A stretch of 64,000 nt of DNA. Origin: Nemertoderma westbladi. Lineage: Eukaryota; Animalia; Xenacoelomorpha. Of this stretch, positions 13,668-25,633 are shown one piece after another. Within the stretch, counting starts at the first letter, position 1. Each line of letters begins with the position of its first letter. Location: positions 3,058 to 67,057 of the forward strand of contig JAUCBJ010005572.1 in NCBI GenBank assembly GCA_032718475.1. The letters run 5' to 3'. The position numbers and the translations under genes were made by a program. Below the pieces are notes generated by a model. The model ran no database searches. It worked only from the letters and a program-made list of their open reading frames with translations, and had not been told where the DNA came from.

Positions 13668-15143
13668 TGAATGATTGCATGATCACCACCTATAATGGTT
13701 TTGCGGTGTACTTACATATATTCGAAAGTGAGGTTGGTTGTCTGAGGCATAAATAAACCTGCTCTTATGCACTTATGCAAATATAACACATGTTCATCTG
13801 TAAACTCTATATTTATTAATTAATTATTAGAAGAGGAAGGCCTCAATTTGGATTGTGTCACTTCATTGTTTACTTTTTGTTTGCTAGGGAGGGTTAGCCA
13901 TAAAAATGACTACTTGAATTATAAATAGTTCCGCCTTCACAAAGAAATAGTAAATGTAATTTTCATTTGATAGAAGTACTTAATACTACAGCTGAAGCGT
14001 TTTATCTAAATAAATCTATAGCAATTAATAAGAGAGTTCGATTGTTATGTCCCTGCGTCTGGCGTTAGTGGCGTCGCATTCAGATCTCATAATGATTAGG
14101 CATCTAACGGGTGTAGCCAAATATTTCGATTGCTAATCTGTATTAATACGAGTTTGCTCTATGCTGGTAACATTTTAACCATGTTCGTTGGGGCATTGCT
14201 GATAATTAACTGGAATCAGGCATGCCTGAACCTGATAATTAAATAAACTCGTTCTATGATTACTGTTTTTTTATCATAATGATAACAAATACAACGCAGA
14301 AGGCCAAGTACAGGTGCTTTGAATAGTTTCTAATTAGACGAAGTTAAATAAAAGCCTCGTGGTTAAGATTAGGCTTAGCAACTTAAACAATTATTTTTTG
14401 ACATTAGGTCTTCAGTCCGAGTCTGGTTTCATTACCATACATTAATGATACGTTTTCCCTGTTTCGAACTGAAGATTTGCACCGAATTATTATTAATGTA
14501 ATATAATCGATAATGCCACTTATATCCCAGATTATCCTATCTTAAAAATTTGGACAAACCGCCATGCTGGTAAATGGGAATTTTACCCAGGGGGTCCGCT
14601 CCAGGGAGTACGAACTGCTAGACGTATGAACTGATAGCATCTGAGTGTGTCTGCTTGGAGGACTGGAGACACTTAGCCAAGGGGAAGCTGCATCCCCTGC
14701 ATCAAGTACTTCAGTATGAGAGGTGCTAAACCATTAATATTGGTGCAGAGAACATGGGAGATGGGATGCAGTTTCTTATGTGTAAAGTAAAATATGGGCA
14801 AATAATGCTTTATATTTGAGTGCATTTGTATCCCCAGTTGAGGAAATACAATATATTTTATGTCTGTTTGCGTGTTTGGATCTTCTCAAGTGCTCCTTTC
14901 CATCATAAATTGGTAATTCTTCCAGAGTCCTTCATTCTGAATTTTCAATTTTTCTTAGTATGATTTGTAACTAACACGAGTTCCTGATCTAACGATGGCT
15001 TGGTAAAACTTGATCACGCATTGGGGATTTTGTTTACTCTTTTGGATTCTGATGACTGCCAATGTGCAAAGCGACCGCGGCTAATTAGCCGGCGTTAGGA
15101 CTTCTTACTGTAAAAGTATTCACTATGTATGTACTGTATCTAT

Positions 15144-15734
15144 TCGTAACGTAACGTAACGTAACGTACTTCGAATACGTAAGGGAAAGGCATGGGCAGC
15201 CTTGAATAGGCTTTCCAGGATTTGGAAGTTACCGAGAATTAATCGGAAACTTAAGGTCCGATTATTTAGAGCAGCAGTAGTTCCAGTACTCCTCTATGGG
15301 AGTCCATGCTGGGCTCTAACTGCTGAGGACACCAAATCTCTGGATGGCACATTCACAAGAATGCTACGCCGGGTTCATTGTGTCAAGTACAATGCACACA
15401 TCTCCAACCAGACACTATATAACATTGGAGGTGTCTCATTGGTTCCCCCAAGCTTGACACTAGAACAAAATCGCCTCCGCTTTGCAGGACATTGCTTTCG
15501 CCGTGAGGACCAGCCAGTGCATAATCTTGTACTTTGGCAGCCTCATGGAGTGAATAAGCATGGTGGACAGCCCATGACTTTCTTGAGACGCATCTTAAAG
15601 GACACTGGCCTTAAAGATGCGGATGATCTAGCAAATGTCATGGGTGATAGGGAGTTGTGGCGGTGCAATTTTGTTGACAAGCCGGCACAGCATTCTTAAA
15701 AATGCAGCTGCAATGCAGCATGCCGATCCTAGTA
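15144..15734 (+). mobile_element. 5'-truncated RTE-like LINE (RT C-terminal region) with TSD
   Basis: Encodes KVRLFRAAVVPVLLYGS...RLRFAGHCFRRE; (TAG)n tail; 13-bp TSD GTACTGTATCTAT at 15131-15143 and 15735-15747. Confidence 0.9.
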
Positions 15735-15968
15735 GTACTGTATCTATATGTATATCAGGTGAATTCCTCTGAAACTATAGCTCGTCCGTCAATGAAAGTT
15801 ATGTCAATCGACGCAGCTCAACCCCAGGATCTTGAAAAAAAAGTTTCGAAAAAATTAAAGTGCCTTTTTTTTATTTCGAAAAATAGTCCCAAAACACGAA
15901 AATTGCCATAGACTCAATTTATTTATTTTTTTATACTGAGTCATTAACAAAAAAGGTGAAGGTTCAAG

Positions 15969-18454
15969 ATGGCGGAAATCAAAGAAACAATGGAGAAATG
16001 AACACTGCACGCCTTAAATCATTTTTAGCAAAGCACGAAGTACCATCTACTGGACGCCGAGCTGAACTACTGACCCGTGCGGATCGGCTTATTATTAACG
16101 GTGTCGTATCTCTGGATTCTGTCGTCCCGGTCGACTCCTTAGTGGACCCCGCTGTCATTCCCAAGACGACGGTGGTAAACAATCCTGAGTATACCTCCCT
16201 AATCCCGGAGGCAAACTCGCTGGAGAATCCCGCCCTAATCCCGGAGGCGACGGAGGAAAACTCCCCGGAGGATCCCACCCTAATCCTGGAGGCGATGGAG
16301 GCAAACTCCCTAGAGGATCCCACCCTAATCCCAGAAGCTATGGAGGTAAACTCCCTGGAGGATCCCGTCCTAATCCCGGAGGACTCAGAGGTAAACTCGC
16401 CGGAGAATTATGCCCTAATCCCAGAGGCGACGGAGTTAAACTCCCCAGAGGATCCCACCCTAGTCCCAGAGGCGACGGAGGTAAACTCCCCGGATGATCC
16501 CGCCCAAAGCCCTCCATTTGCTTCAGTTACTTGTAATTCGGTTCTAATAGAGGACTTACAAGATTATGGCTCTTGGAAACCCCGTAGGTCTAGCAGGAAG
16601 ATCACTGATTTCTTCAGAAAAACCAGTTCTTCACAACACGGTTCACCAGAATTACCGCAATTTTTAATACAAACATTCGCAAAGGACTGGTGCTTTTAAA
16701 GCCAAGTGAAACTGACTGGAGGTACTTCCAACCTGGTCAGAAATTAACAACAACGGTAGTGGACTCCTTCCTCTCATTACTGGGTATTCAAGGTGGAAAC
16801 AGAATTGGCTGTATTGACACCGCTTTGTGCAGTAAATTGCATCAGAACAACTTTGATACTGCCAGTGCCATTAAGTATATTGCCTCCTCTTGCGACATTG
16901 GCACCACATCACTTATATTCTTCCCTGATTGTCACAAGGATCACTTTGTTCTACACATTGCAGATCTAAAGCAACATTCTGTCCATACCCTGTGTAGTCT
17001 TAGCCAGTTTATGGAACCAACTACCATCACAATACGTATATGTTATCTTTTAAACCTAATTGATCACATAGCGCGGGGAGTACCTAATGCGTGGTCAACT
17101 GTGTCGCATGCTAATCCCTTTCCGCTCCAGAGACCGGGGAGTAACGACTGTGGCATATTTGTATGTCTATATGCCCTTGCCCTCTGCAGTGACTTTTAAT
17201 TAACTCAGGATGTCTGTTCTGGTGACATCAGACATTGGTTACACAGTTGTATTTCCAATATCAAGCTATATGACCCTAACTCGCTAGAGCCTTTCCTGTA
17301 CACATTGCAGGATGATCATTGACCACATTGCACAAGCAAAGATGCAGGTATGGCAACACAAACTCATTCTGCAGGCCTCAAGAAGGACATTGGGAAGTTC
17401 ACTCGGTACACCATAACAGATTTCACCCACCTGTTTAATATTATTCAAGAAATGCAGTTCCTGGCATTCCTTGCACGTCAGAACGACAGGGACTATGCAG
17501 TGGACGTGTATGAACTCATGATTTGTCTGAAAGAAACAAGATTCACGGTGAAATGCCGCAGGCATCTCAAGTACACCTCCATAGATATGGGTGGGCCAGT
17601 ATCGAACGATGTCCTCCGTCATGACCTTATAAAGTCAGTAGATACTTTGCAAGCTCGACTTACCAAAACAGAATTTCAGAACAATCAACTGCAGATTGAG
17701 TTGAAGAAGTTGCGAGATGAGCTGGCACATGAGCGGCACTCACGGCTCATTCTAGAGGCTTCTATCAACAAACAGACTAAACTGGAACATCCTCCTGGAA
17801 GTCCCTTACAGTCAGCCGACTGTGACAAACCCATTAATCAAATAACCGAAAGCACATGGTTTGAACAGAAAACTAAAAAAGTGAATCGCTCTGGTCTTAA
17901 CCAACATCTGCCAACCACAACTGCTATATCCACTAGCAACCGTTTCAAAGGTCTACCAGTTGAGTATACAAACCCCAGCCAGGCAGGGCCGGCTGAATTC
18001 AGTGAAGACAACGCCTAACACTGTCGATCCAATATGTCATTCATATGGGGAAAATAGTGACTGGAGAAAGGGAAATCCAAATACTCATATGAAGAAATAC
18101 TCCGAGGCGCTGAATTTTCAAGTTGAGTCTAGAGATAAAAACACACACGAACGTTGGCCAGTAAGCCAGAATAAGCTGTCAGCTCCAAGACACCAGCGTG
18201 TTGATTACCCTTATTCATATCTATATGTCAGTGGACTTCCTCAACATACAAGCGAATCACAAATCCGTAACTACTTGTCCAGCAGGAAAATCATGGTACA
18301 ACGAATCAGATGGACAGTAAAGTTTTGTCAATCCAATAGCATACGCATAACCGTAAACAAAATGGATCAAAATCGTCTTTGTAGTGCTAATTTCTGGCCA
18401 AGTGGAAGAAATGTTGTGAGTGGACAACCAATAAGAGGACTAATCAAGGCCTAG
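15969..18454 (+). pseudogene. LINE ORF1: SAP-like domain, 15-aa acidic repeats, Ulp1/C48 cysteine protease, coiled coil, RRM-like domain
   Basis: MNTARLKSFLAKHEVPSTGRRAELLTRA fits SAP. (EANSLEDPTLIPEAM)-type repeats at about 16130-16505. C48 motifs PGQKLTTTVVDSFL, DHFVLHIAD, PLQRPGSNDCGIFVC. The same frame runs through two stops into a coiled coil and STSNRF, then shifts to LYVSGLP...FWPSG. Confidence 0.75.
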
Positions 18455-18889
18455 CAACACCGAACTGTGGAGCTAACTCAATACTGGGATCAAAACTGTA
18501 TTATTAGTAATGGGTTACAAGGGTCAAACTCAAGGTCGATACATACTGTGCCCTATGATTATGCACATTGGAGTTCCCAGTTCAACTTGGATCCACAAGA
18601 CCCCAATATTAAGGACTCACGCGGTCACCTAAGAAATGGGATGCCCCATGATTATGCACTCGGAATTCCAAACTTAATTTGCAACAATCTCGGCCATTCC
18701 AGCACATAGAAGCTCCAATGTTTGACTGCAAACTCGCTGATCATGGTAGATACCCCCAATGGCCTCATCCAAACTTGGAATATCGCAATCACAAAAACAT
18801 CCACACTAAGGACAAAGCGTACCTGAACCATTTTTGACCCACCCCTCAAGCAATCTCATCACCCTTGGCACTCCTATGAACTAAATAAT

Positions 18890-21800
18890 ATGGCTGAACG
18901 TATACGGATTGGTACTTTAAACTGTCATGGAATTATTAGTAATATCGACTACATCTCACAGTTATTGGGTGTGCTAACGTACCAGCTATCCAGGAACATT
19001 GGCTTGATGGAGTCGAGGCGAATAGTATCATAGCATAGCAGAAATAAGCCCGGACTTCGACTGTGTCCACCTTGTGAGTGATCTAATGAAAAACCCATCA
19101 CGTAAACGTGGTGCTGGAGGTGTATGTCTACTTATACGCAAAAATGTTTGCAACAAATTCAGTGTAGTGTCATCATCCGACGACATTGTGGGTGTCATGG
19201 GCTCCATATCGGCTCCAAATCCATATCATATTTGTTTCTGGATATGCACCCGACTCATCCAAACCCGACTCTTTTTTTGAGGAGTTCCTTGGCAGGCTCT
19301 CAAATATTTTGGATATTAATCAACATGCAACACCATTTATCCTCTCCAATTTCAACTTTGATCTGGGTGCTCTCCAGGGTCTGGGTTGGAATAGAGAAAA
19401 GGCTACGGCTCGGGGCATTCGACTTCATCAATTCCTGCAGGAGCAGGGCTTACTACTGGCCCTAGACACCTACAGCCACTTCGACGGTCCAACAGTCACA
19501 TTTATAGGTCATGGCTCTTCCTACATTGACCACATTCTTAACACTTCAGAAGTCATGTCCAATGTTGTTAATGGTTGTGTTTACAAAACAAACCCCACAA
19601 ACTTCTCTGATCACGTTCCAGTAGTTGCTACTGTCGATCTCTCCAGGTTATGTTCAAATCATGTAGAATCAGCGGACAGAATTAAATCTAGATCTGCTCC
19701 AGCTCGCATACAGTGGACGAGGGTAAATAAACAACAACTTTCTAGGTATTGAAACAATGTGTCAGAGTGTCCAAATAATCTATACGCCGAAGTTGGTATC
19801 CCACCTGCACAGTGGTCTGTCAATAACATAGATAAGTTTGCAATGAGCCTACGACATAATCTGCATAATGCTTCCTCAAGGTACCTGCCCACTTCGAAGG
19901 GCAGGAGGAAAACAAAAAATCTAAGGATCAGGTCAACGGAAATCAAAGAAAGATCGAAGGTCTGTCAACAACTATACAATTTACGGGTCTGCGAGGGGAA
20001 GCCAACCAACAGTATCCATGGCAACGCACTGAAAGAGTGGAAGCGCTCCCTGCGGCGTCTAAAGAACTGGGTAACAAAATCTATGGTGAAAAACGAAACC
20101 TCACATATTGCGAGCACTTCTAAATCAAATCCGAGAAAGTTCTGGCAGCACTTCAATTCAAAACAGCGTTCCGATAAACTGCCTCAAACAGCTGTGAATG
20201 CCATCAGACAGGATCTCAGAAATAACCATCAAAAGAGTAGTGACTATTCTTCCTCCATAGATCAACTAAAGAGCGAACTTAGGCAACAATGTGCAAACTC
20301 ATTTGTGCCAACAGTTTCACCTTTAGCTGTTCAGAGTGCTATATCATCGCTGGCCAAGGGGAAGTCACCTGACAATCATTCCCTCTCCGTAGAACACTTT
20401 CTGTCCCTTGACGCACAAATCATTAGCTCTGCTCTTGCGGATTTAATCAATGCTTGTTTTAGAACTGGTCATACGCCGGAATTCATGGGGGAAACCATTT
20501 TGACACACATATATAAAGGAAAAGGCCGCAACATCAATGTGTCAAAGTCATATAGACCAATTGCTACAGTCTGCATTTTCGGGAAGATATTGGAATCTGT
20601 GATTCTACACGAATATTTCTCCTTGACGGATTTTATTCCACAACAGCAACTCGTTTACCAGAAAAAGCTGGGGGCAGATCTAATTATCAGCACTATCCTA
20701 GAATTCTTAGAGTCCCAGCGCAGAACCGGCACCAATGTCTTCCTTTGTCAAATGGACATTTCTGGCGCATTTGGTAGCCTCAACTTTGTTCTACTGTTCC
20801 GTAAACTAAAGGAGATAATAAACCCTTATATCTGCCTAGTTCTACTAGCGTATTATGAATCTACTTGTGCCTTTCTCAAGGTTGCCGACGAGATAGATGT
20901 TTGTGGGACCAACCTGGTAGGTGGAGTCAAGCAGGGGTCACTGTTGTCACCTTTACTGTTTCTTCTTTATATGAAGGATGTTCTGGATATCCTAACCTTA
21001 AACGGATTTGGGTCCATCGTTGGGCTCATTTGGCTGGGCATCACTGCTCACTGCAACATCTGTCACCGAACTGACATTGGCTGCTGATATTTTCAGCATT
21101 GAAATGAATAAAGTGAAACTGGAGATTGATATGAGCAAAACAAAGTGGTCCAGCTATGGTAATGATTATACATGTGAAAATGTCCCTACATTTATGTCCA
21201 TCAATGGAACATTAGTTCCACGATCAGATGACATGACCTTTTTGGGCTTCCCCATTGTACATCCACGTCGCAACAGCCTCCAGGATTGCATCCGCTCGAT
21301 AGCCATAATGTCGGATTTATTTCATCGAAATGGGTGGAATGCGCGCTGGCTCGATTGCAGCACAATGGGATACCTGTGGCGGTCCATAGCTGTACCAACC
21401 ATATCCTACTCATCGCGGTATCTGATTGGTTCGCTATGTTCAAAAGAAATCGCTGAACTTGACTCGTATTACCGGAAGACTCTGCGAGGTTTACTTTTCG
21501 TGGAACCTTATTCAAGCAACAACGTAACCTTTGCATTACTCAGATGCAACGATTTTAGCGTGGAAATCTATAGACTTTGTGTCGGAACATTAACCAGAGT
21601 AAATAAGTGCCCAAATGTTTTATTACAGTCCATCCTGCGTATTGCATTACAGGCTAACTTGTCTGGGACAACAAATAACCTTTATGTAGGACTGGGCTCA
21701 GTTTTTGAAAAATATTCTCAAAAGTATGCTATCCCCAGTTTGAGCTCAATTTTGTGTTATAAACATAGTAAATGCTCACTATATAAGCTTCTAAAACCTG

Positions 21801-21934
21801 CAGCACTCACAATGGCGGAGGAATCCGACCGCGATTTTATTTTGCAGTGCTATACGCAGTCGTTGCCTTTCAAAACGCGTCATCATAGGATAGAACAATA
21901 TTTTAACTGGATAAATAAAGTTAGGGTGACTTGA
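18890..21934 (+). pseudogene. LINE ORF2: AP endonuclease plus reverse transcriptase, disrupted
   Basis: APE motifs IGTLNCHG, IQEHW, GGVCLL, YIDHI, SDHVPV; RT motifs KGKSPD, SYRPIA, DISGAF, GVKQGSLLSPLLF. Several stops and frameshifts; the YADD motif is absent at a frame junction near 21045. Confidence 0.88.
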
Positions 21935-23014
21935 TTGCTGGATCGTATCCTATTTTGATTTATCGTGTATGAACTATAACTACAGTAGTAATTATTGAGT
22001 CTTTATTTAATGAACCGAATACAATCAGTAATTTTACCTGAACTTACGAGCATAGCTTTTTTAGATGATCCTGTTTTTATTCTTTTATTATGAATGGCTT
22101 AGTAGTAGCAGTCTGTTTTAATTATCCTCAAATGTCATATCAATTATTTTACTAACAGTGCTATTTTATATACTTCTGCAACCTGATTTTACTTTGTACT
22201 TCCCTTTTAAATTAACATAAATAAATGCCGGCTTGTCCGGATGAGGGCCAAGTAAACTACTATTATTGATTTAATGGATAGGCCCAAATTGCAGAGAAGT
22301 AAATTTCTTGCCAAGTGTGTTACCCTTTCACTCCTTCCTAGACTGTAAGCAAACATCAACTGTTATTATTTGTATTATCTTGCGGGGCTTGAGCGAATTT
22401 CCAGTTTTCCCGTTCATGAATCAAGAAAAATGTGTAGCAATACTGTATGGCACTTAGAAGGATAATTGAAGAGTTAAAAAGTAAAAGTAAATTTTCTTCG
22501 GCCACTAGGCCAGGGATTACGCACAAAGTCTGACGCCTTGTAGCATTGAAAAAATATATCAAATAATGCTCTAATAACCAATAGTTGTTGTAATTATTGA
22601 CGCGTCCCCATAGCGTACAGTCAGTCTTATTATATCATTGAATATTTTTATTATTTTCCACGAACCAAGGTTGCAAACATAACTATTCTAGTTCAATCCT
22701 AAAATTTATTCTCGATTCAATATTATACTAACTATGGTGAGTCCGTTTACTGTCATCAATTTATTTTTTGTGCTTTTAATAAATTATCTCAAGAAATTAA
22801 TTTCCTCTAAACTAGTCGACAACATTCAGTGCAACGACGACCGCACTTTATGCAGTTCGACAGAAAGAAACGAGGATAAATGATGTGACGTCGCTCGCAA
22901 GAGATTTCCCCAGAGTACGTCAAACGTATCTGCGTTATCATCCAAATGAAGATACATAAACACCATTTCCATTAAAACCGAATTTCACTAGAACCACCAA
23001 CATCAAGAACCATT

Positions 23015-24230
23015 CGAAGTGTTATGGGGAGTCCTCCTGGGAGACACACTTGCACCATTCTTGTTCATAATTGTGGTTGACTATGTTCTACGCGCATGTC
23101 CTTAGATCATCATAATGATGATGAGGTGATGGTAACTCCCACATACTGGCTCCAGAAGTCGAGGAAATCCTGACACTTGCACCATTCTTGTTCATAATTG
23201 TGGTTGACTATGTTCTACGCGCATGTCCTTAGATCATCATAATGATGATGACGTGATGGAAACTCCCACATACTGGCTCCAGAAGTCGAGGAAATCCTGC
23301 CAAGTACCTAACTGATCTAGACTTTGCTGATGACTTAGGAGTACTCTCAGAATCACGAGAGGGAGCCCAACGGCTCCTCAGCTCATTTGAACAGGCTGCT
23401 TCTTGTGTTGGTCTTTTTATTAACTCAAAAAAGACCAAAATTTTGACAGTTACTTTGAAAGTCCTCAACAAGTCTCTGACCTTGTGAGCATAAGCTCAAA
23501 GGATGATATACTTGAGCATGTGGACGATTTCTGTTACCTGGGCTCATGGATCCGGAAGTCAGGCTAGGACCTTCGAATACGTAAGGAAAAGTCATGGGCA
23601 GCTTTGAATAGGCTTTCCAGGATTTGGAAGTCACACAGAATTAATCGGAAACTTAAGGTCCGATTATTTAGAGCAGCAGTTGTTCCAGTACTCCTCTATG
23701 GGAGTCCATGCGGGGTTCTAACTGCTGAGGACACCAACTCTCTGGATGGCACATTCACAAGAATGCTACGTCGGATTCACTGTGTCAAGTACAATGCACA
23801 CATCTCCAACCAGACACTATATAACATTGGAGGTGTCTCATTGGTTCCCCCAAGCTTGACACTAGAACAAAGCCGCCTCCGCTCTGCAGGACATTGGTTT
23901 TGCCGTGAGGACCAGCCTGTGCACAATTTTGTGCTTTGGCAGCCCCATGGAGAAAATAAGAATGGTGCACAGCCCATGACTTTCGTGGCGACGCTACCTA
24001 AAGGACACGGGTCTTGAAGATGCGGATAATCTCGCGAAAGTCATGGGGAATAGGGAGTTGGGTGGGTGCAAGTGCAACATTGTTGATAAGCCGGCACAGC
24101 ATTCTTAATGCACGCTGCAATGGGCTTGCCAATTGTGGATGACATGGTGGTGACAAAATGTTTTTTTTGTCAAGCTGATATAGCACCTCAATGTGTAGTT
24201 TCAATGCAGCTGGCCGATTATAGTAGTAGT
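23015..24230 (+). mobile_element. RTE-like LINE fragment (RT core to 3' tail) with an internal ~126-bp tandem duplication
   Basis: GDTLAPFLFIIVVDYVLR and YLTDLDFADD motifs, same family as 15144-15734; block near 23047-23172 repeated at 23173-23298; (TAG)n tail near 24220. Confidence 0.88.
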
Positions 24231-24600
24231 AGATCCGCCTTCATCAGCATATTCCGAATCTGAGAACCGTTTTAAATTTACCAAAAATTCCCAAGGATAT
24301 TATCAAAATACTAAGGTTTAAGTTTTGAGTCGTAAATCGCTATAATTTTAATGTTTTTTTACTCAATTGAAGAATATTAATTAAGCGTAATGAAGAAACA
24401 AGATGGAGAGTTTGAATAGATAAACTAAATAATATTTAATATTCTAGAATAGAGATTCTAGAATATTCTAAAAAAACATTAGAATTATAACAATTTACGT
24501 CTCAAAATTTACGACTTAGTATTTTGATAATATCTTTGGCAATTTTTGGTGAAATTTAAAACGGTTTTCAGATTCGGAATATGCAGATGAAGGCGGTTCT
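24231..24600. mobile_element. MITE/foldback element with ~120-bp imperfect terminal inverted repeats
   Basis: CCGCCTTCATCAGCATATTCCGAATCTGAGAACCGTTTTAAATTT... pairs with ...AAATTTAAAACGGTTTTCAGATTCGGAATATGCAGATGAAGGCGG. Confidence 0.8.
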
Positions 24601-25633
24601 TATATTATTTAGATTAAATTCCAAAGAAGAAAAATAAAGTCGACTGAGATGGTTAAATATTGCTAAAAAGTCGATTTTTAACGGCTTGTTGTATCGAAAT
24701 AGATAATAGATAATAGAAATAAATTTACTTAGACTTCCACTAACATTAAATTGAAGCGACACATAATCGAAAATTTGAGGAAGTCCAAAGGTGAGCTGCA
24801 ATTTTGGACACAATTTTTAAACCCTGGACCTCCTGACCTGATTTAAGTGGAAAATTGGGATGTTTTGAATAAATTGTAACTGTAAATTTAATATTATCGC
24901 ACACTATAATAGGTTATATGAAGCAATGAATTATTTAGTAGTTTCCGTACCAAACTAAGTTGTGTTTCTCTGGCTATTTCCCCGATTTCGCAGTTGGAAT
25001 GTAAGCAAGGGTCAGCAAGGGTTAACTGGAGGTGGAACAAGCAATTATAATGAATTGGAACTGCAATTAGGATCTACTTTATAGCTACTGTACTAATTCA
25101 GAAGGTGGTTGGGTGCGGATGTCAAGCATTTATAGGGAGAGATGACATATTCAACTGCCGCAAAATCCCGAGCTATCACTCAACGGAATGCAATTTGGGT
25201 TGCTAATGATGCGTCGCTAAATGAGCATTATTTGTTCAGTACTACATGTAGAACACGTCCTGTACATCGGCAACTATGTTCCCTTTATTAATTAATCACC
25301 AAATATTAATCAAAAAACAACATTAAAAAATGTTGAAAAGATATACTAATCATGTCCGGATTTACTAAACCCAATAATTTTAATTATACACATGCGTTAA
25401 TTTGTTTTCAGATGCGGGTAAGCCGGAGTTTCATTATAATGCTATACATCCTTCGGTGCATTATTGGGCCTTCATGGTGCAGTACCAACAACGCGGGGGA
25501 TACAGCAGGTGATGACACATTAATATTTCACACTCAGCTTTATACCATACAAATATAAACCGTTTACTCACCTTGGAATAGAAACTTTCGAAGCTTATAA
25601 ACAAACGCTTTAATATATAGAATATTAATATTA

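Larger units (their letters stand above)
15750..22260 (+). mobile_element. Decayed APE-type non-LTR retrotransposon (RTEX-like or related; clade uncertain) with an unusual ORF1
   Basis: A long ORF1 region is followed by an AP endonuclease plus RT ORF2; AATAAA near 22219. Boundaries are approximate and no TSD was identified. Confidence 0.8.

Noticed and set aside
14585-14735. GC-richer segment that might be a LINE 5' UTR with an HDV-like ribozyme
   Set aside because: I could not fit the nested double pseudoknot by eye.
22225-22295. Hammerhead-like motif near the LINE 3' end (CGGATGAGGGCC...GGCCCAAA)
   Set aside because: Both catalytic boxes deviate from CUGAUGA and GAAA and I could not build stems I and III; an Infernal search would be needed.
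25404-25422. TTTTCAG-ATGCGG-GTAAGC possible micro-exon upstream of the receptor
   Set aside because: The ORF already has its own ATG and signal peptide, and there is no transcript evidence.
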